A DNA stretch of 64,000 nucleotides, from assembly GCA_032718475.1 (NCBI GenBank), contig JAUCBJ010006708.1:1-64000 (forward strand), in the 5' to 3' direction. Within the stretch, counting starts at the first letter, position 1. Every line of letters begins with the position of its first letter. The position numbers were made by a program, and so were the translations under genes. The stretch comes from Nemertoderma westbladi (lineage: Eukaryota; Animalia; Xenacoelomorpha). The notes below the pieces were generated by a model that ran no database searches, was not told where the DNA came from, and worked only from the letters and a program-made list of their open reading frames with translations. Below, piece by piece: positions 22,201 to 35,766 of the stretch.

Positions 22201-25200
22201 ATGGCTGATCTCATGTCCTTCTTAGGTGGTGAAGTAAAACTACAACTCATCAAGCAGTCCAGAGAGAAAACATCGGAAAATAAGGTAAGTGAGAAACCCG
22301 CTTCTAGGAGAAGAGTAACACCGGTGTGTTACACTGACGACGGCGAAAGCCAAGCTTCTCAAGAAGAGGACAGCGGGAAAGACACTGATAGATCTTACTA
22401 CGTTGACAAAACCTCAAAAGACGTAAGTAAATACAAGGCTCGAAACAACGATAGGAGAGAACAGGTTGCCAAGACCCCTCCTCAGTCCCCTAACAGAATG
22501 CACGTAAGAAAGCCCGAACAAAGAACGAGAGTGCATCAGGTTACCCAAGGTAAAGTGAGTAACATAAAACCTAACTGTGCGCTGTGCGACGGGACCCACC
22601 GTTTGAGTGCGTGTGCTGAATTTCTAAAGAAATCTCTTGTAGACAGACGTGCAGTCGTGTGGGATAAGCGGTTATGCTATAATTGCCTCAGACCAGGACA
22701 CCAACGGCGAACCTGTTACTCCGACATAAAGTGTGCAAAGTGTGGCGCGAAACATCACATCTTGTTACACAGTGAGTTCGAACGAGACAAACAGAGTCAG
22801 GTAAGTGAGCCCGAACTACATGTCCAATTCAGTGATGTAAATGACACTGATCAGGAGTCTGAGATGGAAGGATTCTATACTGACGAATTCTCCGACGCCA
22901 ACGAATCCTGTTACCTAATCAATACCGCGGTGTATCGAGCACTTACTTATGAAAAGGACACCGAAAATGAGTTCCCCCAACTACCTTTGACAGACAACCA
23001 TCTTGGAAAGCTCCAACTTCCAATGTAGGAATCAGAGAATTTCCTGTAGTGCAGGTAAGAGTTCATGGTCCTAACAACAGTTACATAGTGAACGCCCTCC
23101 TTGACTCCGGCAGCACAGGAACATTCATCGATCAAGAACTAGCCGAAGATATCTTTGCTGGACAACCCAAATTCCGGACTAAATTGAATATGTCAGGAAT
23201 TATGCAGGTTTGGAAATCTACCCTAACGGCAGATTACTATGTAGGTGTGTTGTCCACCCCCCAGGATAAGTTAGGAGCACAAGGTATAAGGTCGGTAAAA
23301 ATGGTGGCTATAAAGAACTTCGCTACTACTCAAGCAGACCTTTATAATTGGGACGAGGATGAAAGCATCCGACATCTTAAGATACCTCGATTCCAGACAG
23401 ATTATCCTGGAGTGCAAATACTCATCAGCCAAAACGCGCATGAGGCGCTCGAGACATTGGAGAAACTGCCTGCTCAACCGCAGCCATTGCAAACCTATGC
23501 GGTAAGAACTAGAGTAGGTTGGTACTTTACTGGCCCTTCCCGCAGGACTCTCGAAGAGAGAATGCCACAAGAACGAATATACCAAGTAAACGATTGGGAA
23601 GTGGAGAGCAGTGAGGTGGACGAACTAACTGAGGAAACACCATACTCCTCAGATAATGACGACATCTACCAACTCTTCGATGAAGAGAATACAATCGACC
23701 TACTTACAGAAAACAAAACTTGGAAAAATCAGGTGAACCTATGTCAACTGATTCGCCCATCGGAACCCATCGCTTACAATGACGAACTAAACGATGAGAT
23801 AGAGCGCTACAACGCTAGAACTCGGGACGAACTAGCCTTAAGATTCTTTACTCAAGAACTGGTAGAGCCCAATTCATATGATAAGGCCCTATCAATAGAA
23901 GAAGAAAGAGCCAAGCAAATCCAGGAAACAACTACACGTTTTTTAAAGGACCAATGTAGATATGAAATCGGCCTACCATTTCGAAAACGAGAACCTAGAT
24001 TTATAAATAACAGACCCTTGGCAGAGAAAAGAATCGCTCAATTACATCGACGCCTTACGGCTAATGCTTCAGCTAAAGAAATGTACCAAACTCAGCTGAA
24101 GAAATTTATAACAAAGGGATACGCGGAGCGAGTACCGGAAGGAACACCAGTGACTGAGAGAACGTATTACTTAACACATCATTACGTTCCCAAACCCGGT
24201 AAACCCCACGAAGTACGAGTCGTATTCGATGGCTCCGCCCTATATATGGGCCAATCCCTTAATTCCGAGTTGTTACCAGGACCCAACTTACTCCAATCTT
24301 TGTTGGGAATACTTTTAAGATTAAGACAATATTCCATCGCGTTCGCCTCCGATATAGAAGGAATGTTCTTACAAGTCAAGGCGCTGGATAGAGATAGAGA
24401 CAGCCTGAGATTTCTGTGGTGGCCTGAAGGAGACCTCAATCAGAAACCGGTAGAGTACTGGATGACCATCCAGGCTTTTGGAATCATATCAAGCCCTTCC
24501 AACGCCTGCTCCGTGGTGCGAACCACTGCGAATGACAACCGAGACTCCTTCTCAAAAGAGGTGATAGACAACATCAAACGGAATATATACATGGACGACA
24601 ATTTAAGGTCCCTTCCATCAGTAGAAGAAGCCATAGATGTCGCGAAAGGAACGGTAGAGTGTTTGAAAAGAGGTGGATTTCGACTGACGAAATTCACCAG
24701 CAACTCCCGTAAGTTTCTGGAAGCGATACCGGTAGAAGACCGAGGAACGAAAGACCTAGACTTAATAAAGGACGATCTTCCTGAAACCAAGACGCTTGGC
24801 TTGAAGTGGGACACTGAAAGAGACATCCTGTTTTTTCAGTTAAAACAGCGAGATAATCCAGTTCGGACCAAACGGATTTGTTTAAGTATCCTGAGCACTT
24901 ATTTCGACCCATTGGGATTTATTAGCCCAGTTATATTGATTGCTCGGAGTTTAGTACAACAAATGTGGCTTGAAAACCACTCATGGGACGATCCGCTTAA
25001 GGGAGAACTGTTAAAGAAATGGATGAAATGGGAAGATTCTCTACCTGCCATCGAGAACTTTATAATTTCCCGTGCATATTTTGGCCATGTTCTTCCTACG
25101 TATTCCTATCAACTCCATGTGTTTGGAGACGCCAGCGACATGGGAATAGGTATAGTGGCATATCTGCGAGTCGAAACTCCGGATGGAATCAAAGTCGCCT

Positions 25201-27473
25201 TGGTTACCTCTAAGGCATTGATTAACAACAAGTTAAAGGTTCCTCGAGCGGAGTTAAAGGCGGCTTTATACGCTACAGCCATCGGCCGGAACGTAACAGA
25301 ACAGATCGACTATCCACTGGAGAAAACGGTTTATTGGACCGACGCTTTACTCGTGTTGGAGTATCTAACCAATGAAGTCTGTCAGTTCAGCGTTTTTGTT
25401 ACTAACAGGGTAGCTATTATTCTTAGTCGCACAAAGATAGATCAATGGAGACATTGCCCTGGTACGATTAATCCAGCTGATATCGCCTCCAGGGGAGTAA
25501 CTCCACAGGAACTGATAGATACTCCAGACTGGTTGGGTGGACCCGACTTCCTGAGCAAGGAAGAGGATGAATGGCCTCCTCACCTTACTACGGCGGAGAT
25601 TAGACAAGCCAAGGGAGCGGAGACAGTCAAACCTAAAACCCGGGCGAGTAAATCGAAGTTATTTAAACCGACTATCGATCTATCTGTATTACATACTTCC
25701 GGGAATGATGCTTCGGATCCACAATCCCTCAACACAAATAAGGCTGTTGTGGAAATTAGAGATAGAGACTGGAAATCTGGAATACCAGACATCTCGCAAG
25801 GAATCTCACCCCTGCTGCAGAGAGCAATGCATCACTACAGTTCCTGGAATCGGCTCTGTAAAGCCGTCACATATTTAAGGAGATGTTTTCATCATCACTA
25901 CTCCAGGACGAAGACCATTAGTGATACCGCTCCATTGACATCTGCGCAAGTTCATGTTATTAAAAATTTACCCAAATATAAAACATCCGACCGGTTTCTA
26001 AAGGAGAAAATTAGTTACCAGGAGCATGAAGAAACCAATAAGCAGATACTGAGACTCCTGCAATGCTATGAGGATTCCGATAAGTATTTCCTGTTGTTGA
26101 GAAATCCGCAGATGCACTTAAGGGATCGATTCTCTAGCACAATGATAGATGGGTTAATACGTGTTGGAGGAAGGCTCACCAATGCGCCATTATCCTTTGA
26201 CACTAAATTCCCCATACTCATTAGAAATCTTGAAGTACAAATCAAGATGATTGTAGATGTTCACAGTAAACTTTATCATGCGGGTAGAGAACGAGTTCTT
26301 AGCGAAATTCGAACTCGCTATTATTTTGATAAACCCCGTAGAGCTCTGAACCAAGTTCTTAGGAACTGCATACCCTGTAGGAAAGCATTCAGTAGGCCTT
26401 TAACACAGCGAGAGGCAGAATTACCTAGGGAACGAGTAAGCTTCTATGAACCACCTTTTACTAATACTGGTGTAGATTTATTTGGCCCTATTGAAGTATA
26501 TCGTGCTAGGACTATAGTCAAGAGATGGTGTGTCATCTTCGTGTGCATGACTTGTAGAGCCATCCATCTCGATATGGTGAACGATCTATCTACCAACAGC
26601 TTTGTCTTAAGTCTACGACGACAGATCGCTCGCTTCGGGACGAGTAATACCATGAGATCGGATAAGGGAATGAACTTCATTGGTGCCAACAACGAAATAC
26701 AGGCTTACGTGAAGGACTGGAACCAAAGACAGGTGGACGACCAGCTAAGGATAACAGCGTCTAGCTGGACCTTCAACGCCGCCGACGCCCCTTGGTGGGG
26801 AGGAAGTTGGGAGAGATTAATTCGAAGTGTCAAAACTGCATTTCACTTTATAGTGCCATGCCGCGCGTATCTCACCGACGAACTTTTGCGGACGTTAATG
26901 GAGGAAATAGCTGCCTATCTCAACGAAAGACCGCTTATGCCAGTCTCATCGAGTCCCGATTCCCTGGAAGCGCTAACACCTGCGCACTTCCTACTGAAGA
27001 AACCTGTAGCCATGCTCCCACGATCGGAGATTGCCGATGGAGACGAATACTGCCGTCGAACTTGGCAACTTATGCAGTTGCTATCCCATCGTTTCGCTGA
27101 CCATTTCGAGAAACATTATCTGCCCACGCTACAACTTCGAACTAAGTGGTTTGCGCAGCAAGAAAACGTCAGCGCCGGAGATATGGTGCTTATTGTAGAT
27201 CCAGACCTCCCACGTAAACGGTGGCAGACAGGTCGTATCATCGAGACCCACATCTCGGATGATGGTTTAGTACGCTCAGTAGAACTCATTGTCATGCGGC
27301 GTAACTTCAAGAAGCCAGGCATAATCTTTGAGACGCAACAACTCAATCGCCCAGTTGGTCGTTTATGTTTACTGGAAAGAGACAGAGAACTCTCTGGAAA
27401 CTATGGAAGGCAAGACACTCTTCCCACGACCACCTCCCTAATTCCTCAAACATCTAGGGACTCCCCAACATGA
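19297..27473 (+). pseudogene. Gag-Pol of copy B, broken by three 1-bp frameshifts
   Basis: ORF pieces 19297-19722, 19610-20455, 20701-23028 and 23049-27473 align to copy A. Indels fall in a C-run (~19600), an A-run (~20445) and a T/C-run (~22975). Confidence 0.93.
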
Positions 27474-29091
27474 TACGTCTGGAGTGACTATATTATTTTA
27501 TCTATTTTATTATATTTTTATATGCGAACTTTATTATGTACTTTATTATAATCGTTTTTATTCAATTTTATTTAGTAGAATGTTATTTTAGTGATTATTT
27601 AGTAGATTAGTGCAATATATTAGTGTTTATTACGTACGTAATTACTTATAATATATATTTAGTGCGACGGCGAGAAAATAATTATTTTTCTCTTTCCTTA
27701 CTGTCCGTATCATATTATAAATACGTGACTACAGTAAGATGAAATGTCCGTACTTCTTAAAGTACAATAAAGCCACTACTATATTCAAGTATTATTGGTA
27801 GGCAGAGTATTAGGAATGCAAAATTCAGATCCTCGTGTCTCGGCTAAACCAAGCTCTGGGTAGACCTTGGAAACGACTTGCCTCTTCACACTGACATTGC
27901 TTCGTGCGATATTGCTCTTCTACCTTATATTAAATAATACATATAGTAGTGTGATGTCCCTCTAACAGTAGCGTAAAACGCAAATCAATCTGTTAAACCT
28001 TTTGACCATCTGTAATTCTAGTCGATTAAGATATCGCGGCACCCACCGATATACTTGAAAGACAAATTCTAGAATCAGTGGTTAACGTCCCCAGACAAGT
28101 TCTGGAATAAATCAGTGCCCATCTTAAATATTAATTTAATATTTAGTAAAATCTGTAAAATTCAGATCCTTTAAATTCTAGTCGATTAAGATATCGTAGC
28201 ACTTACCGATACTCTTAAAAGACAAATTTCATAGAATTAAGGATCCTATGTCCCCAGACATGCTCTGGAATAAAAATTGTGTCAATTTTAACATCAAATA
28301 ATAAAATTCATGGGAATAAATTTAAATTCATATTTAAATGAATTTTATAAATTGTCGTTTTGTGCAATTTATAACATTCCCAAAAATTCCATTAATTAAT
28401 AGATCATGGGAGCGGAGATTCATCCTATTGAGTGTATTAGAGTGCGAGAATCTCCAACATATAGTCAATAGCCGATAAAATTAATAAAATCATGCATAAA
28501 GAGGATATTGACAATTAAAGAATTATTATTAAATAGCATCCCAGATCTGTATGCATGAGAATTACCCTAATTCTACCGCTAGCATTCCATAATGTCACCA
28601 TAGCAACACCCACGCTAGAATTAGAAGCAAGTTAAAAGAACAATAGAAAGCTTGTCCCATTGCCTAGCATAGAGAATACATAGCACACTGTTAGTATCCA
28701 AGGATACACAGTAATAACGTGACATTCTGGAAGGCACTGACTAACGGACAAATGGCCTGTATGTGTGCAATTGGTGACAGTTGTGTGGAATTTGTGCGTT
28801 TATAGGTGAATGTTACTGCTAAAGTATGTTTACAGTAGCTAGTCGCAATTGTAAAAGTAGCCCAACTCTCCTATAGAAAGAACCTAAGTGGATCCAAGAC
28901 TTTAGGACGGACAGTGGAGTGACTTGTGCCGGTTATCGTTGTCGTGCTGTTGCTACATGTTGGCGTAAACACCGCGACGACGGTACATCGGCGCTGAGAA
29001 TCCCACTGTCCGGGGGCAAAGAGAAGTAGGCAGCGACGCCCGCTCGCCTAAATATAAACTCATTTGATATTAATAAACTCAGATAGCAGAT

Positions 29092-29953
29092 ATGACGGAG
29101 TTGATAGAAGATGATCTTGGTATTAGGGAGCGATATACTCTACCTTTGCAAGCATTTGTGGATAGCTTAATACGCGGTGAAGCCGATCCAACCATTACGG
29201 AGGACGATGGTCGTTATATCGAACCGCCGATGTCCCAAGAGCAACTTGCGCGTGAATTGGACTATCGAAAATCCACCGCTCGCTATACGCATCGTAATAG
29301 TACGTATATGGACTTCCTAACTACCGGCCATTCTATCGATTTACATGATACGGACGATGTAGACACCGAAAGGGAAATGGTTCTATTTAAATATCATACC
29401 CAGCGGAGTCGTAACGATAAACCGAGAATAGATCACGAAAATTCTACTCGTAACAGACTGGGAAGACGAACCAATATGCCTAGAATCTGAGGAGATTCAG
29501 CCTATCGCACCCGGAACAGCGACAACGATTACATCCTAGAATGGTATCAAGGTCCACAGTGTCTCACTGCGTACGATTATCGACATGCCAACTATGTTTC
29601 TAGGCAACGTTGTCGGTTATGCGCATCGAGAGACCATGATACGCCCATGGACACCAACGTCCGCTGTTCCTATTTCCAAGAACAACCGACTATGGAAATT
29701 TATTGCGCATATTGCAGACTCAATAACTTGCATATTTTTGCGGTTTGCCCTCAATTTATGATTTGATGTCAATCAACCCGGTACTTCGACTGGCGGATAC
29801 ACCGACCATAATCCTACACCCTCTGATGCAATCATATTGCACCCTTCACCCAGGAGTTATAGCCCTCCTTGTAAAGTGGCTCGCCCCAAAGAGAAAAAGA
29901 CTCTGGCTAGCTTTAAAAAACTGCGTAAACGCCGTCCGCGCAAGAAAGACTAA
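29092..29953 (+). pseudogene. ORF2 of copy B: internally deleted, retains N-terminus plus C-terminal CCHC zinc fingers and basic tail
   Basis: The first ~123 codons match copy A, then the sequence diverges at ~29460. After a TGA (29488-29490) the same frame reads CRLCASRDH..C..CAYCRLNNLHIFAVCP. After a frameshift near 29765 it reads ...KKLRKRRPRKKD* (stop 29951-29953). Confidence 0.75.
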
Positions 29954-30023
29954 CTGTTTAGAGTATTTACATATATTAGAAACTGTGATTTTTGTACATT
30001 TATAAACTTGAATCCCATTTTCT

Positions 30024-30031
30024 GGGAGCGG
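30024..30031 (+). promoter_or_regulatory. Putative polypurine tract GGGAGCGG
   Basis: Purine-rich run directly 5' of the 3' LTR. Confidence 0.55.
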
Positions 30032-31216
30032 TGTAAAAGCTTTTGCGGATATACTCAGTCCCCCTCGCCCGCAAGGTACCGTTATAGGTGTTTTAACGGA
30101 CATAAAAGTCATTCTTCTATATACGTGCTTTGGAGGACATGGTAAGGCAAAAAACCCGCAATGCACCAAATACCCTTGCACAGCTTAGCCTTGATGATTC
30201 AGATTACGACATCTAACAGCTGGTTGCTGACATGGAAACGGCCATTGGACACATGGTTCTTTGTTTAGCTTAACAGCCAATCAGAGCGATTTTTTCTGTC
30301 GATGTGGAGCTTTTTGGCAGATCATGCTAGGAGTGTTGAGTCTTACGCTTTTTCTTGATACTGTTGTGTTGTTTCTATCTAGGCCAGGAACACCGGCTCT
30401 AGAGTCAACTCGTTTTCATACTTTAGAAGAAACATTAGTAGGCTTAAATTATAGAGCGTATAACTGTTATCTTATCTTATCTCACTTCAGTCTTACATTA
30501 TCGGTTCAACATACATTATTATACTGCTATTTACTGTTGTCATATTTTGTATCAGTTGGTTGAATATTATTTGGAGAACATTTATAAAGAACCCAAATTT
30601 CCCAATTTTCTTGATACACATTTTCTCTTAGAGAGACGGGTTATATATAGCGATTGCGACTTATATTATTGTGGTTTGTAGTGAATTTAATGCTATTTGA
30701 TAAGCACTACATGAGTCCGTTGCTGTTCTCTTTATATATGATAAAATTCATTGACGGTCGGCAAATTAGTGAGCAGTATTGTGTGTTACCGGTAGTGTGC
30801 CTGATTGTGACTGATAACTAAGCATTTCCTAAAGAATGCGCCTCATACGTGAATCATAAGCCTTACCGACTTACCGTTGTGATTAGTATAAGTCACATCT
30901 CTGTTTACCTAGATAGAGCGCCACGTCCTAAAGGAACTGTTAATATTTCCCGAAAGTGAATAATATTGGTCAGAAATTATTTATTAACGATCAATCGAAT
31001 AATACAGTAAGCTTACACTGCAATAATAATCTAAGCCCTCAGAATCCAGTCTCCCGGGTATATCCAGCGGGTGAATGGACGCGCACTAGGCTGGCTTCTG
31101 CTAATGTTGTGTTTATTGGTATTAAATATTTGTCAACTTCTAAAGTCTATTTATAAACCAAAAGACATATAAATTTTGGCAGGTTAAACTGCTAAAGGTC
31201 TTCAAAAGCGCGTACA
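30032..31216 (+). repeat. 3' LTR (1185 bp)
   Basis: TG..CA ends. By eye it differs from the 5' LTR by about 7 substitutions and one short replaced block. Confidence 0.96.
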
Positions 31217-31772
31217 ACCTCGGTGTCGCTCGGTAAATGAAATGCCTCGAGAATAGTGAAAAAAAGTTCTACTTTTTCTCCCATGTAATAAATAATTATT
31301 ATTTGTTGTATACAAGTCACTTTTTTAGTCAAAGTCGTTTATCAAGTTTGACATAAAAATAGCACTTTTTCTGCCAACACAAAAAGTAATGTTTCCATGA
31401 CATTAATTATAATACTGCATTTAAATAGATTAAATAGATAATTTCTAATAATAGCGAGTTTTTGCTTATTTTATTATAAATGTTCTAGAACAAGTGTTGG
31501 TTATCAATTTTGATAAATATTTTTGTTCTAGAACACATTTTTTTTTCTAGAACATTTTTAGGAAAAAAAATACCATACCACTGTCAGAAGGTCAAATATT
31601 TGTTCTAGAATAAAAACCTCATGATAAAAGCCTATTTATATGAAAAAAAATAGGTCAAACTACGGGTACCCAAGGTGTTATTGTAATGCCCGTATTTAAC
31701 TATGGAAGAAACTTCGATGGACGATATTTATGCTGAAATAGGCCCAGATAAAAGTGAGAGAAGATTTACAAC

Positions 31773-31910
31773 AAATAAAACGATGTAAGTTGTGGAAAAA
31801 AGTAACATTTTTTGCCTTGTTTGGCTTTCTTATTTGTCTCGCTACGCTCGCCAAATAATATCGCTCAACAAATAAAGCATACTTTTTTGCCACAACTTAA
31901 ATGGTTATTT
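31773..31910. mobile_element. Small fold-back / MITE-like element
   Basis: ~30-bp imperfect inverted arms (TAAGTTGTGGAAAAAAGTA / TACTTTTTTGCCACAACTTA). No TSD established. Confidence 0.5.
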
Positions 31911-32325
31911 ACTTTTTTTTGTTAACATTATTAGTTAGTTATGGTTGCGAGTATTTTATGGAGCTCTTTAATTTTTTACTAGCTAGTGGGGCGAGCCACG
32001 AAAGTAAGCGAGCTTAGCATACAGGTACCACTAACTCAATCGGTGTGTCTGTCGTTCTGTTGAGTTCAATTTTAAACATTAATAACTCCGCCAAATCTTA
32101 ATGAAATCTATCCAAACTTGGTACACATGTTGTCTGGCAAAAGTTTAGAAATTTTCCAAGTTGAATTTGCATGTGGCCTTCGAGAAGCTAAGTTAAGAGC
32201 AGTTAATTAATTAAATTAAAATTAATTAAGGGTAAAAACAGCATTTTCAAGGAAATTGCTGGAAATCTTTAAATGGAAATTAATTGTAATTATTATTATA
32301 AGATATAAATAATTATACTTAAAAG

Positions 32326-33695
32326 AAGGGACGGATACGATACGATACGTAAACGGATTTTCGTATTTCGTATCGCAGTATTTTATTCGTATCGAATTTC
32401 GTATCGGATTATAAAAATTGTCTTCGTATCGTAAAATACGAAAAAATATTTTTCGTAGTTCGTATCGGATTTTCTTATCTTATTATTTTGTAAATATTCA
32501 TGTTTTTAACAGACAAACCAGAGATCACACCATTTATTTCTTTACATGTGAATAAATTAGGTTTCAGCTTATAGTTTTATTACCCATGTCAATAAAATTG
32601 TAACAAATGAGGATCGTTAATCGTAGAAAAATGATAAAATATAATCGAATAATCTATCCACCGAATGTATATGTCAGTACTGTAACCTCCCATGTACACG
32701 ACGATATCATGCACTGAACTGCAGCGACTGCCCTCCACTTTCCCGTCTCGCATCTCAATAACTAATAATTGTATTCAATTTATTTTCTATTTATTTATGT
32801 ACATAAATTTTACTGGTTTCCATTTACCCCGCCTGGGGGTGTATCGAATTAATATTAAAAATTACAGTTGAGCGAGGATAACTCTAATCGCGCCTACTGC
32901 ACAAGGCCTTGACGTCTTTCTAGTGAGAGAATAAAAAAATAATAAATTTATTTTGAAATAAAACATAGTTTTATTCTAGTATTAGTTTGACTTGGAAATT
33001 GAAGTTTTGCATTTTTTTCAATATTGGTAATAATGCACAGTCATCATTCTATATATAACAGCAGTAGGTATATACGTAAAGCAGTACAGTATACATAAAG
33101 TGGCAGGGTAATATGGAAACGCCTACTATTGGGCCGTGTTGCATAACGTCCATATGGGATGTTGTAGCCAGTAGACACACTATTGCTGTAGCAAGCATAC
33201 TGGACTGGAACATTGAAATAAAATATATTTGCCTATTATATAGATATTTATATGATTTTCTAAGTGTAGAATACAAAATCCCAATATTTTATCAACTCTT
33301 AGATAAAATACGATAGGAAAAACATACGAAATTGTTTCGTATTTCGTATCGTATCGTAATTCCTCAAAATTTCAAGAGTATTGTATCGTATCTTAAACAT
33401 TGGTTTGTATCGTATCGTATCGTATCGTATCGTATCGTATCGTATCGTATCGTATCGTATCGTATCGTATCGTATTGTCGTATCGTATCGTATCGTATCG
33501 TATCGTATCGTATCGTATCGTATCGTATCGTATCGTATCTGAAACATTGGTTTGTATCGTATCGTATCGTATCGTATCGTATCGTATCGTATCGTATCGT
33601 ATTGTATCGTATCGTATCGTATCGTATCGTATCGTATTGTCGTATCGTATCGTATCGTATCGTATCGTGTCGTATCGTATCGTATTCTGTCTCTG
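32326..33695. mobile_element. Non-autonomous hAT-like DNA transposon with (CGTAT)n subterminal repeats
   Basis: 8-bp direct repeat CTTAAAAG at 32318-32325 and 33696-33703. Degenerate TIRs AAGGGACGGATACG / reverse-complement CAGAGACAGAATACG. Confidence 0.7.
33407..33685 (+). repeat. (CGTAT)n pentanucleotide microsatellite
   Basis: Two long runs separated by GAAACATTGGTTT. Confidence 0.97.
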
Positions 33696-34018
33696 CTTAA
33701 AAGTTATACAGCTGTAATCCCCGTACCCAATTTCATTATAGTTTTTAATTAGTTCAAGTGATTTGCTTTAAGAAATGTGTTTTTAATTGATCTAAACGTA
33801 ATTAATTTATTAAAATGCCACGTCTCCAGCTATAGCTCCCTCCTTCGTTGGCATACTAACTATTGGCTATTAGTTGGAACCAGTCCAAATCTCATCACTA
33901 TTAGGCAACGCGTAATTACATCTATAGGACATAGGCAAGGCCGGCACTACTAGTGTAAAGTGACTAATAAGCCAGCTTGCTTATTATTTATTTATCTAGC
34001 AAAATGATTCCCTGGAGT

Positions 34019-35766
34019 CAAGGATGTTTACGTTACGTTACATTACTGTATTACGTTACGTTACGGTTGAAAAACTGAACTTTTTACGTTACGATATTAC
34101 ATTGCGGAATAATTTCCAAATTACATTACGTTACTGTATTCCGAAAAAAATAATTGCGTATTACCGAAAATACCGTAACGTAATAACCGGTTCAGATTCC
34201 ATAGGACCACAAAGAGATATTTAAAGTTTCATACTAATTTTGTTTGAAAATCGGAAAATTATAGTTTCAATGTTTTGAAATTGCAAATTAACTTAACATA
34301 AAAATAACTTTAAATTGGTAGAACGGCTTGGCTTGTGTTGTAATAGGTTGTCATAATAAGACATACAGGTAGCGGTAGCCCTGTAGGTAGGTCTACCATA
34401 CCGACCTACTGTTCTGTAAATCTATGATCTATACCATTACAGCATACTGCGTTGTTATAGGCTACAGCTGGTAGAGCAGAGACTCGGTATAAATAGTTCA
34501 GTCAGTAGCCCTAGTTAGCTTAACATTAATTAAAACTTAATGTTTAATTAAAACTTATTTTAACTTTAAATTAATTATTAATTAAAACTTCAACATAAAT
34601 AACTGGAGAAGCCAGGAAGCTGGCTATAAGGATACCGTGTACAGACAAACAAAACCGGATAGTACTAGATCGTGACAACAGTCGAAAACAAGCGAAAACA
34701 AGCGAAAACAGTTGGAATTTAGAGAAAACAGTCGAAAACAGTTAGATCGTTTAAAAATAATCATCCATGCATCCAGGTGAAAATAGATATTGAAGTTAAC
34801 TTGGTGTAATAATAGATTTAAAATTTAGTGGCATTTATAATGTCGCTAACTTAAGATGACGTACCCATGTACAATAACACTGCTCATATCAGCGAGTGTT
34901 GTAGTTACTGTGTCCGTACCGGTTGGGAAGAACCGTATTGAATTTATTATTATTGCAGAGATGCACTTTATTGATTGTTATACAGTAGTACTGTAGTAGT
35001 AGCTAGTACAGTAGGCCTAAGTTGGACTCCATGTCTGTAAGAACGATACTAGGTACGTAAAATACATAGCACATAGGCCTATTTCATTTCCAGCAATAAA
35101 TAATTGTGTTTGTTCTGATAATGGCGAAACCGCTGGAAGCGAAGATACCGGAACTTCGTACTTCCACATCTTCTTCTATCGGTGCCGGTACGGGTGCCGG
35201 TACAATTGACTCACTGAATACTCTACTCTGTAGGCTTACTGCCGCACTGGAGTAATCCATAATCAACGGGTAATCAGTGTTATTGTACATGGGTTACGGG
35301 TAAAACGTCATCTTAAGTTAGCGACATTATAAATGCCACTAAATTTTAAATCTATTATTACACCTAGTTAACTTCAGTATCTATTTTCACCTGGATGCAT
35401 GGATGATTATTTTTAAACGATCTAACTGTTTTCGTCTGTTTTCCCTACATTTCAACTGATTCCGCCTGTTTTCGATTGTTGTCACAATCTAGTACTATCC
35501 AACAAAACCTAAAAGCATTTAACTTTATATGGAATAGCTAGAACGTTCAAGTGAAAGTTTTTTGTTGAAAGATTTACTTTTTTGTCCAAAATGATTGCTT
35601 GGTAGATAAAACAAATATTACGCTATTACGTTACGGTTTATTAAATTAAAATTAAAATATACAGTAATATTACGTTACGGTATTGAAAAAGCTATTACGT
35701 TACGGAAAAATATTGAGCTACGGTATTCCTGAAAAGATACCGTAACGTAACGTAATAACATCCTTG
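34019..35766. mobile_element. Non-autonomous hAT-like DNA transposon
   Basis: TIR CAAGGATGTT / AACATCCTTG. 8-bp TSD CCTGGAGT (34011-34018, 35767-35774). TTACG/CGTAA subterminal repeats. Confidence 0.88.
34657..35500. mobile_element. Non-autonomous Mutator (MULE)-like element nested in the hAT-like element
   Basis: ~225-bp TIRs starting GGATAGTACTAGAT and ending ATCTAGTACTATCC. 9-bp TSD AACAAAACC (34648-34656, 35501-35509). Confidence 0.88.

Larger units (their letters stand above)
15877..31216 (+). mobile_element. BEL/Pao LTR retrotransposon, copy B, full length with 5-bp TSD
   Basis: TGTA...TACA LTRs at both ends. ACCTC lies immediately before (15872-15876) and after (31217-31221). Internal leader, gag-pol and ORF2 remnant. 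Confidence 0.97.

Noticed and set aside
33299-33752. (YRIVS)n ORFs
   Set aside because: Translation of the (CGTAT)n microsatellite.
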